Positions 46,906-57,519 of a stretch of DNA of 64,000 bases are shown one piece after another; the first letter of the stretch is position 1, and every line of letters starts with the position of its first letter. Below the pieces are notes generated by a model. The model was given only the letters and a program-made list of their open reading frames with translations. It ran no database searches and was not told the DNA's origin. The translations under genes and the position numbers were made by a program. Source of the stretch: Carcharhinus longimanus (taxonomy: Eukaryota); assembly GCA_030264375.1 (NCBI GenBank), contig JASCQW010000098.1, forward strand, positions 75,506,684-75,570,683, written 5' to 3'.

Positions 46906-49094
46906 GAACTTATAAAGAAGGACGTTCAGGCCCATCTGTTCTATTCTTTGAAGTAGTCTGTGTGGATGATTCATGAAGGTTTTCACAATTACTTTAAAAT
47001 TGTTCTGCTAACATGGAATAGTGGGGGAGGAGGGTGGTGGTGAATAGAAGACAATACTAGCAGCTAATGCTTTAATTTATCTAATTTCAAAATACAACCA
47101 TGGAAGTATAAGCTGCATCACCTCTTGCGTTCAGTCTAAAATCTGGTTTTCTGTTTAAAAAAGAAATCTTTGCCTGTGCAAAATGAATGTATGAATTTGC
47201 TCACAGTTTGTGCAACAGACTTGATTTCACATTATTTGTGCTCAAATCCTTTGGTCCATTAAATGTAAAACCTCAGAAAAATGACTTTGTCCATCCTGAC
47301 ATATAAGAATTATTGGCTCTCCAGCAACTACTCAGTTCTTCCCTTCTGCACTTGGGGGATAATGATCCTCCATGCTTCCCTCACCATAGCTCGATATTTA
47401 CTTAAAGGAATTTGATTGCATGCCTCTTTGAAAATTATGAGTTCATGTTTTCATATTTGAATTTTCGTTGCCTTTCTTTTGGCATCTAAATTTAGATTAA
47501 GTATTTCTTTTTATATAACAAAATCCAGAATCATGAATAACAAGGCTAAAACTACTCACACACTCTTTCTATTGGATCTTATTTCCACAACAATGTATTA
47601 TGCAGCCGCACAGATAATAAATTCACTGCCACTTTTTTCCATCCTGGATGGAGAGAAGTGGCAGAGAATAGGTGGCATAATCCTTTAAGGGTATTTATAA
47701 ATTGGAAGAAACATCTTGGAGCACCAACATACAGCACCATAATGTGGGAGAATGCATCCATCCCCAGCCAGCTGAACTGTTGATTTTAGCCATAATCACC
47801 GCAGGTAGCTCCAAGTGGACGCCAGGCACAATATAAGCAAAAATCAGAAATAGATCAGAACTCATAGCTGCCACTTTCATTGGGCATTGGGGTATCAACT
47901 GTTTGACTACCTGAGTGGCCAGATTTTTGTCTGGTGATGGAGGTGCAATAGGGTTGGGACTGACAAAGTCTTAAAACAATTGTAGTCATTTTAAATTTCT
48001 AGTGCCTTCTTAATCCTTTTCTATTTTTGTGTGATCTTTTCATAGGTCAGGAGGACTTTGGGTCCTGGCGCCACATGCATATCTGCTGAGGTTACGGTTG
48101 CCATTGTGAGCCCCAGAGGAAATTTGAGTTTCCTTCCACTTTGCGAATTTTGTGTGCTGGTATGGGTTTTGGAAGCCCTAATAAACCTTGCTGCATTGGA
48201 GCCTTCATGACCACTGGAGAAGCCTGCTGAGGAGTCAGGACATTCTGACGGGTGTTAAATGTTTTGGCAATCTCAAATGTAATTCTTAGATGATGTATTG
48301 TGATGTAAATGTGTTTCTATTTCAGTGGTCCATCATAGGGCCATGTCCTAAAAAGATGAATTGCTCATTACATTAATTAGCATTGTTTAAGTGTTGAGAT
48401 GCATTGAAGCACTTTTCCCATTGATAACAGCGCTCTCTTGCATTCAAAACTAAAGAAAACAATGCTTGTGACTGCTAATGGAATTATCAAAGTGATTTAA
48501 ATGCTTTAAATTGAAAATAAAACTTCAGCTTTCCTTTAGAGAAAGAAAACACAGTCATCTGTTGCTCGATTGCTTTGATTGATAGAACACCTAGTATGGC
48601 TTATATAAAAAAACCCTGTTTTCCAGTTTTAATGGTTTTATTGTTTATCTTTCTAAAGGCTTATTTTGATAGCTGGGATTATTATGAATAATTGACTAAA
48701 TTTCAAAAGCTCCAGAAACACTTACCTCAACGATAAGATATGTTCACTGCGTGATTGACAGCTTTAAGAGGTTATTGAAGAGTTATCTGTCTGTGATGTG
48801 GTAAATGAATGTGTTTTTCAACAGATCGTTAATTGAGGGATTTAAATAGTTTGAATAGCTGTTGTAAATGACAGCTTTTCGCCATATGTAAAATGTTTGA
48901 TGGCATTAGATTGTTAGAAATTTAATTTTTCACATGCACTTCAAAGACATGCCTCCTGAAGTCTGCCTATATTGGATACAGGGTAGCAGATGTGGAGGAT
49001 ACCTGGAGAATAGAGTGGTAATGGAAATTATGAGAGGCCATGGGATGGGAATGGGGGAAAACATGGAGCAGAAGTAAGATTTTTGGGGGTATTT

Positions 49095-49952
49095 GTGTGT
49101 CCTAAGTGTACATTTAAGAGTTTTTTTAAAAATCATGTTCTCTGTAGCTCATAGCCTTATCTGGTGTAATTATTGCAGGACTATCTACGCTAGTCCTTTT
49201 ATTGCTCCTTAAGTGGCTTAAATGGGGTTTGTTTGTTTTTACTCTGTTGTTTTATGGCTCTGCATTGTTAGGAGGAAGGTCATGGCTTATGGTAGGGTTT
49301 TGTTTTCTTCCTAGGGAATTGAAGGTTTCATTTTCTGTTTTTGGTTGGCAGTAGTGTTTAGTTTAGAAGGCAATGGGCGTCAGACTGAGAACAGTGTCTT
49401 TCTCTCTCTCTCTCCCTGGGTTTTAGAAGTTCTGCTGATTGGCTAAAAGCAAGGCTTCTTGCTTTCCTGCAGTAGAAAATCTGCTGTTGGTGGCTTGACC
49501 AGAGTCTACATGGGGTTCTGGGAAGCTGTTCAGACTTGAAACTATTTTGGGTGTATCAAGTGGACTATTAACTTACAAGACCAAGAGTTTTCAATTCTCC
49601 ACCAAGGAACTCAATTCCAGTATCATGTGAGCATTAGACTTTGCTGTGTTGAATTGTTTAAAGGGAAGGTTTTGGTTTGATTGGAACACCTTAGATATAT
49701 TTGTTAAAGATTATACATTATTGTGGTTGTTTTGTTTTCATTTGCAATTGATAAAAGTTATTGCTAATTTTCTTTCCATACATGTTAACTATATTCTTAA
49801 ATAAACTTTGTTTGATAAAAACTCCCTAGTGGGCCATTTGAATCATACCTGAAGTGAAATATGTCATGCTTACCCTAGCTAAATTCAAGCTACAAAATTT
49901 ATGATCCAGGCGGGCTTCATAACACTTCAGAGTTTCTGACGTGAACCATAAT
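49095..49952 (+). mobile_element. Probable solo LTR (Gypsy-like)
   Basis: TG start, internal (TC)n, aaataaactttg polyA signal ~150 nt before an end like gagtttctgacgtgaaccataa. Confidence 0.45.
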
Positions 49953-50079
49953 GAAGAACAATGACGAGAACTGCCCAGAGAACTGAGGCAGTCCTTCTAC
50001 TGTGCCTGCCTTTGCACTCACACTCCTGCACTGCACTGACTTGCCAAATGTGCCTTCTGCTCGACAATAAGCAATAAGA

Positions 50080-50425
50080 TCATAGGATATAGAATTAGAT
50101 CATTTGGCCCATTGAATCTGCTCTGCCAGTCAATCATGGCTGATAAGTTTCTCAACTCCATTCTCCCACCTTTTCGCCACAATCAAGAACCTATGTATCT
50201 GTGCCTTAAATACAATTAATGACCTGGCCTGCACAGCCTTCTGCGGCAATGAATTCCATAGATACACCACCTTCTGGCTGATGTAGTTCTTTCTCATCTT
50301 GGTTCTAAAAGGTCGTCCTTTTACTCTGAGGCTGTGCCTTTGGGTCCTTGTCTCTCCCTCTAAAAGAAACACCTTCCCAGGTCCACTCTGTCAACGCTTT
50401 ACAGTATTCTGCAAGCTTCAATGAG
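50080..50425 (-). mobile_element. CR1 3' fragment
   Basis: ETRTQRHSLRVKGRPFRTKMRKNY.SQKVV.LWNSLPQKAV. Confidence 0.88.
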
Positions 50426-51469
50426 ATGGGTGGCCATGTCTCTCAGAGATAAAAATATGGTAGGAATGTGGTATGGAGGCAGGCTTGGGTTTCAGAAGTC
50501 AGAAATGAGCCTTTTCACATTTCCCAAGTCTGAGATGAAAGTCCAGGTCAAAGTGTCACATTTGTATCCCACACTTGTATAGGATAAAAAGAAATGGGAA
50601 CTTCCGCAAAAAAGTCCCAAAAAATAACAATCATGTTGAGGATTTCCCAACACTACATATGATCCTGATAGTTGAGTTTTTTTGATTATAAAGAAATTTA
50701 TGCTTTTATTTTACAGAATGCCTTGTTTAAAACCGTAACTAAAAAATAGCTTTAGATTTCCCTCTGTTCCTCCCTCCCCTTCCAAGAATGTATTGGAAAT
50801 GTGGACACTGTGAAAACGCTATTTGCTTTCTCCCGTTCACTTCGCCATGCTGCTCTGTAAAATTTTCCAGTTCGTCAAAGCACATTTTTGGAGAAGTTAG
50901 GAGTATTTTGAGATTCTACTTTCAGCAAGACTACATATTAAAAGACAATACTTTATTCAGCTACAAACATGCTTTAGATGTTATATATAATTATTTTACA
51001 CAAAATTACTTTGGAGCTATATTTGCTGAAGGGGCTATTATTTTTACCACATGTAAAAAACTCTCAAATTTGGATATTTATATTTGCTTGATTTTCTGTT
51101 GACATTTGAATTCTGAAAAAGTGACATTCTTTTGTATAATTTTCTGATGCTCGGCAGAGCAAACTCATGAATATTTTGAAGTGTTTCCCACTATAAATAA
51201 TTTGAAGTGGCCCTTTCACTTGATCGTACTCTCCAATTCCAGGAGCTGTTTATATTATACACTTCTTAAAAGTATTGGATGTCTGAGTATCTTGAAAAAT
51301 TATGACTTTGTTACTTAACTAAAGTTAATACAATGGCATTGTCACTCAGTATCAACTTTTATGCCAAGTTTTTCTGCAGTAATCACAGAACTAGTGATTG
51401 TTGAGATTGCATCAGTTGCTGGGCATTTTAAGTTTGTTTATGCAGGAGCCACTACATCAGATGCTACAA

Positions 51470-51654
51470 TTCATAGAAATCATAGAACCCTACAGTGCAG
51501 AAAGAGGCCCTTCAGCCCATCAAGTCTGCACCAAACACAATCCCACCCAGGCCCNNNNNNNNNNNNNNNNNNNNNNNNNNNNNNNNNNNNNNNNNNNNNN
51601 NNNNNNNNNNNNNNNNNNNNNNNNNNNNNNNNNNNNNNNNNNNNNNNNNNNNNN
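51470..51654 (-). mobile_element. HE1 SINE (tail visible, rest in gap)
   Basis: catagaaatcatagaaccctacagtgcagaaagaggccc...acaatcccacccaggccc. Confidence 0.75.
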
Positions 51655-51752
51655 AATCCCCATATTCAATATCCAGGTTTCAGGTTGATGGTGCCAGAAA
51701 ATGCTATTCAAGGGTTACAATGATTTTGGTAAGCTCCATTTAACCATATAAT

Positions 51753-51960
51753 GGCTGGAATTCTCCGGCTGTTCATGCTGGTGGAATTGTCTGGTCCTGC
51801 CAGCAGCGCACTCCTGCCTGTGGGATTCCCACCAGCTGGGATGACATCAATGGGAATTCCCATTGACAGCAGTGGGACCAGAGAATCCTGCCTCTAGCAA
51901 ACAGCACACCACCTCCTGCTGGCAGGAAACACGCTGCTGGGAGACTGGAGAATCTCACCC
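51753..51960. mobile_element. Harbinger/Tourist-like MITE
   Basis: TIRs ggctggaattctcc / ggagaatctcaccc; central palindrome tcaatgggaattcccattga. Confidence 0.75.
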
Positions 51961-52479
51961 ATTGTATTTCAAAGAACTTAAAATTATGTGTTTTTTTGTC
52001 TCCATTGACCATGTTCTATGGGCTGACATAAAGATGCCTAGTTTTTGGATAAATTTGGATTTTGGACAGCCAAATTTGGGGCACTGTACCTGTATTGCTA
52101 TTTAATGCATTTAATTACACCAGTGTTAATTTTAGCACACCAATTAATGAGCTCCCATTAAATTCTGTCAGTTCCTATTGCAGCAGAATAGTAAATGAAG
52201 AAGATACAACACTAAACTTCATTTTGTCTGTTCACGAATCTCAACACAACCTTCTTATTAAATACAGTCCAACTTTCAACAACAAATAAAGCTGCCCATT
52301 CCTCATGTTAAACGGGTTGTATGTAGCTTTGTGAAAAGGAATAACATTTACGTTTTTAAGCATCAGTGCCAAATTAGCTATGTACATTTTTGATAAAATG
52401 CAGGTGAAAGGGAACACAGTTTTAAAATACACAAAAACATCTAGTGTCAGACTTGTCTCAATGATAGAACTCTTTGAAT

Positions 52480-52700
52480 TAGAAGATTTGACTCTAAAGA
52501 TCTGAGCCCTTAATTCGGCTGATACTGCAGTACAGTACTGGGAATGCCACTTTAAACAGGAATCATTTTTCAGATGAGATGTCAAACAGAAACATCATTT
52601 ACAATCTCAAGGGTGCCAAAATGATCCAACTGCACTGTCTGAAAATATGGCTAGTTTACCAATGGCGAATTGTTACTCCTCAACCAATACCACAGTTCCC
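52480..52700 (+). mobile_element. DeuSINE fragment
   Basis: gctgatactgcagtacagtactg..tttcagatgagatgtcaaac...ctcctcaacca. Confidence 0.5.
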
Positions 52701-52846
52701 CACAAATGTCATCATCACTAAAATCAAGTAGAAATCCTGGAACGGACAAGATTTTGCACCTTTCTGCTATTCGGCTCACCATAAAAAACCCCGGAAAAGT
52801 TTGCACCTCATTGAATGTTACATTAACTGGGACTTTAACAATGTAA

Positions 52847-53167
52847 TGGCAGCACGGTGGCACAGTTGTTACCACTGCTGCCTCACAGCGCCAGGGACCC
52901 AAATTCAATTCTGGCCTCGGGTGACTGTCTGTGTGGAGTTTGCATGTTCTCCCCATGTCTGTGTAGGTTTCCTCTGGGTGCTCCAGTTCCCTCCCAGAGT
53001 CCAAAGATGTGCAGGTTAGAGGCCATGCTAAATTGCCTCTTAGTGTCAGGGGGATTAGCATGGTAAATAAGTAGGGTTATGGGGTTAGGGCCTGGGTGGG
53101 ATTGTTGTCGGTGCAGGCTCGATGGGCCAAATGGCTTCCTTCTGCACTGCAGGGATTCTATGAATCT
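52847..53167 (+). mobile_element. HE1/V-SINE, full length with CR1-type tail
   Basis: ggcagcacggtggcacagtt...; V core; tail gctcgatgggccaaatggcttccttctgcactgcagggattctatg. Confidence 0.92.
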
Positions 53168-53349
53168 ATATAATATGTTCACAATTACTCTGAAAAGCCA
53201 CACTGACTCTGGAAATAAATTTGGTATATGTGGAACGTGAAATTTTTCTGTTACGACACAAAAAAATCACATCTTTAATTTTTTTAAACTGGATTTACAA
53301 TATTTCAGCTTGTACTTTTCCAATTTATTTACTGAGGATGATGCTGTAC

Positions 53350-53710
53350 ATTGTCCACCCATAATCACCCTCGGAAAGGTGATGGTGAGTCATCGTGTTG
53401 AATGCAACATAGTGGCTTACTAGGCTATTTCAGAGGACAGTTAAGAGCCAACAATGCTGCTGTGGGTCTGGAGTCACATATAGACCAGACTGTGTAAGGA
53501 CAGCAGATTTCCTAAAGGACATAACTGAACCACATGTTTTTTACAACAAGGTAGTTTCATTGTTACCATTATTGATATTAACTTTTTATTTCTAATTTGT
53601 TCAAATTAGAATTCTCCAGCTGCTAAGGAGAGATTTGAACTCAGGTCTCTAAATCATTTGTCCAGGCCTCTGGATTACTAGCCCAGTAACATAACAATTA
53701 TACTACTATA
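53350..53710 (-). mobile_element. tRNA-derived SINE with LF-SINE-like body
   Basis: gtgggtctggagtcacat.tag.ccagac..gtaaggacagcagatttcc; head ggcctctggattactag.ccagtaacataac; tail shared with the LINE at 63195. Confidence 0.6.
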
Positions 53711-54207
53711 CTCTTAAATCCAGTTTGCCTAGCCCAATCGTTATTTTGTTCTCTGTGAAATGTGACTATAAGTAAGGCTAATGAGAGTATTTTACTACTT
53801 GGTTTGGTCTCTGTGAAAATACTTCAATTCGATTGGCTGCTTATCCCTTGTGTTGATACATCTATTGCTGGATGCTTGAAAGCCACCTTGACTCGGCACC
53901 AGATTCAAACTGATGTCAGCAAGGGTAAAATCCATGCTATAAAGATTGCTAAATCTTTTTGGGAAGCTTTCTTCGAGATCAGCGCTGAACACTGTCACTT
54001 TGCCACTGACCACGAAATCAGGACCATTATCTTTGATGTCAATTCATTTAATGTTTGGATGCATTCAATAGCTGCTTACGGTTGGTGAGCAGTGCACTAT
54101 GGTTTGATGTTGGTAAAGGCAGTAATGAAAAATTTTCTTTCAAAGTGCGCTGCAAACGTTTGAATGTGCAGATTTACATTGCTGCCGTATTAATGAATGG
54201 CCCTTCT

Positions 54208-54424
54208 TTAAACAGGTGGTGAAGTATAAAAGTTTAGTGAATTGTAGTCTGGTGGAGGTGTACAGCAACTCATTTCTGTCTCAAAGGAATTCAGCAAACC
54301 CAAACTCTCACGCTCAGGCATTCGATTGCCTTCATCTCCAAGGTGGTAACCAACACTGTTAGTGCTTGTTGGATTGACAGGTTCAGATAATACTGGCTCT
54401 TTGCTCTTGCTTGCTGATTTCAGA
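54208..54424 (-). CDS. FLT1: VEGFR1/FLT1 terminal coding exon
   Basis: Minus strand ttttctag|T CTG AAA...CCT GTT TAA; LKSASKSKEPVLSEPVNPTSTNSVGYHLGDEGNRMPERESLGLLNSFETEMSCCTPPPDYNSLNFYTSPPV*; end matches FLT1 CCSPPPDYNSVVLYSTPPI; phase 2 fits the upstream exon. Confidence 0.88.
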
Positions 54425-54914
54425 CTAGAAAAAAAAGCACATTCAATGTCAGATATAACCTAAGAATTCATGCTTCGATCATGCATTCAGTCAAAAAAAA
54501 CCATTGTATAATGCCTATGAGATATCAAATTCCTGATATCTGTATGTAAATGTCTCACCAAAATACTGAAGGAAAATGATTAAATAACTGTAAAATAGCG
54601 GGATCAGAAAAAGTGTGTCAGAATCCAAGTGAAAGCAGAACTTTTGTGCCCTGATCAAAGCAAGTACCTCTGCCTTCCAGTTCACTTGTTATTTCTTCAC
54701 TTACACAATTTTATTCAAGTTAACAATAGTCTTGCTGCTATGCTTCCAATAAGAAAACAATGGGTGTATTTTTCCATTTGTCTGACTAAGTGTCAAGTCA
54801 AGTGGGAAAAGTGGTGCACTGCCCTCAGTACTGGACTGAATGCAATGTAGATTCTGTGCACAGGTTTCTGCAATGAGATTTGAATCTACACCAACCCAGA
54901 TGCTGCCTAAGCTG

Positions 54915-55310
54915 GAAGGCCTGAGCTATCAAGAAAGATTGGATAGGCGGGGCTTTTTGCTTTGGAGCAATGAAGGTTGAAAGGGGACTGATAGAGATGT
55001 ATAAAATTATGAGGGGCAGAGATAGGGCGGATATGAAAACACTTTTTCCATGAGTACATGGGTCAATAACCAGGGAGCAAAGATTTAAGGCAAGAGGTAG
55101 AAAGGCGAAGAGGGAAGTTGAGGAGGAACATTTTCACCCAGAGGATGGTGGGAGTCTCAAACTCACTGCCTGAAAAGATGGTTGAGTCAGAAACTACATT
55201 AACATTTAAAAAGTATTTAGATATTCACCTGTGCTGCCATAACCTTCAGGGTTATGGGCCAAGTGCTGGAAAATGGGATTAGTGTAGTCAGATGTTTGTT
55301 GACTAATGTG
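54915..55310 (+). mobile_element. CR1 3' fragment
   Basis: LEGLSYQERLDR...LEQ.RLKG.LIEMYKIMRG. Confidence 0.85.
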
Positions 55311-56029
55311 AGGGAGGAAATTGAACCAGCGATAGTGAAGCAAAGGAGTCAGGATGAGTGACTTGGAGTGAACCATGTTTTTTGCATATTCCTTAAGGTG
55401 ATGAAGCTTATCACTAAGATAATGTTTGAACTTAAATAATTCCATTATATCCTGTCATAGATTCTTTGATACTCCATGGGAGGCTTCTACGTAAATGGCC
55501 TTCCTTTTGAAGAGTATTGTGGTATTTCTAATTTTGTGGTATGCAGCACTACTCTGGGCCAAAGTGCCTTTGAACAAAAGTTGGTTGTAGAGAAAAGTGT
55601 ACCTCTTCCTAAGGATCAGGAAGTTAGGAGTAAGAAAGGAAATTAGCAGAAGTTATATATACATGAAGCCAACACACTTATGTATAAGTTATCTGGAAAT
55701 GCCATTAAATTGAATATTGTAAATGTGGTGCTTTTGTCCAAAGAACAGATTGCAGGATATGATCACAACATCATGAGATGGGGTTAAAAGTGTATGTTTG
55801 GTCAAGGACATTTTTCAGTCCTGGAAGATTGGTGTGATTCCGTTTGCTCCCTGCCTCTGATCTCACTGAAATTTCTCTAGTGGACCTAATTAGAGAATAG
55901 AAATATGGAATTTCTTTTTTTATATGTCATTCTATTTGATATGTCTCTATTGGGATCATGAATGAACAAATGTCATCTTACATAATACAATGCATTGCTA
56001 TACATTTGAGTTAGATTAGCTTGGTAGCT

Positions 56030-56400
56030 ATTGTGCCTGGTTTGACTTCAAGCACACACAATCTAAGCTGACATGTCAGCAGAGTACTAAGGAAGGGTTG
56101 TAAAGTTGGAGGTGTTGTCCTTCAGATGATCCACACAATTAGATATAAAATAACCTCCGATATGATTCCAGAAAGACTAGGGAGTCCTCCTGGGGATTCT
56201 AGACAATATTCTTCCTTCAAAAACAGCACCAAAGCAGACTATCTGGCTATTCAATTGTCTGCTATTTATACAGCCTTGCTGTCAAAACATTGACTACCGC
56301 ATTTACCACAGTTATTGTATTTGAAAATCTATGTGCTGACATGAAACACTTGGAGGAGTTTTTAAAAACAAGCACTTTCTTACTTATAATGGATTGCTTT
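56030..56400 (+). mobile_element. Degenerate DeuSINE
   Basis: aatctaagctgaca...gttggaggtgttgtccttcagatg...aatatt..ccttcaa; L2-like tail. Confidence 0.5.
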
Positions 56401-57243
56401 GCATAAACATAGTTTTCCTCATTTCTCATTCTCCTGTTTATGTGCTGTCCTTTATTTCTTTGCATAAATTGGTTTAGAAAAAAAATCAATGACAGAATAA
56501 CCTGTTAGGATATCCTTTATTTCATGTTTAGTTCCTATTAATGGCACAACTCTAGCCAAAACATGAAAGTAAAGATGTTTAAATCATTTTACTAATGGTA
56601 CAAGGCCATTATGGTACAATGGTAATGTGCACAAGGCCTTTTTTATTACACCAGAGACCAATGTGCAGAATTACGTTCTGAAATGCATGCTTCCTTCAAC
56701 TACAAAAAAGAATAGTGGGGGGAACCCTTCCAGCCCACTACACTGCTTTTGTAGTGCAGCAGGCCAAAAGACTCGAGTGGAGGCCGTGTAGTAGGTTCCC
56801 CACTGGGCACCACAGCCTCCGCGAGTCTTCTGGTGCCATTAGCAGAGCTGCATAATTTATATTAATACACATTTAAATGTATTTAACATAAGATTAGCGG
56901 GCCCAGGACTGAAATCTCTAGGGTCGCTAGCGTCTCTCCCCCCCGTCAGGAGTGGTTTATTGCAGCGAGATTTACTATAGCTCCTCATTTGTGGGGCGTT
57001 AGCAGCCCGATCCCACTAATGTGAAGGGGAAGCAATTGAGGTTCCCCCCCGCAAGACGGTGGGAGCAGGGGGTGTCCATGGGACATTGTCACCTTTCCCA
57101 TCTCTAATTTCCCATCTCTATATTTGACTGCTTTACACTCTTCCGTTGTCTCTGCACAAAAAGGCCCATTTTTGTCAATTGGTAGTAGTTACAGCTGTTA
57201 AAAAAAAACTCGACAAGCTGGATCTATTTCTGTTTTGCAAAAC

Positions 57244-57519
57244 CTCACTCACTGTACTGTCTGGAGACAATACACATCTCTTTAATCTGTGGTCAGTGCT
57301 CCTTCCACACACATTGTCGGCCACTTTAAGACTTGAACAGCAGGTTAGGTGTAAAGACTCGCATTCTAATCAGTAATCTGTAAACTCTCTGTGCTTTATA
57401 TGCTCTGTCTGAGGCCAGAAGTCTCTATTCACCTGATGAAGGGACTAACCCCGAAAGCTTGTGAGTTTACTATCAAATAAATCGGTTGGACTTAAACCTG
57501 GTGTTGTCGGACTTTTTAC
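57244..57519 (+). mobile_element. Non-autonomous PLE (family 1)
   Basis: Collinear with 23880-24150; whole insertion flanked by a 13-bp direct repeat acattgtcacctt (57083-57095, 57518-57530). Confidence 0.85.
57427..57466 (+). ncRNA. Minimal type I hammerhead ribozyme (PLE-borne)
   Basis: Stem I attcac/gtgagt; core CTGATGA(A); stem II GGG/CCC; GAAA-GC-U-U with palindromic AGCT for dimeric stem III. Confidence 0.7.

Larger units (their letters stand above)
50690..54207 (-). other. FLT1: FLT1 3'UTR (putative; candidate AATAAA at 53324-53329, 50952-50957, 50705-50710)
   Basis: Follows the stop on minus; AU-rich unique blocks interrupted by SINE/MITE insertions; the true end cannot be fixed from sequence. 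Confidence 0.4.
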
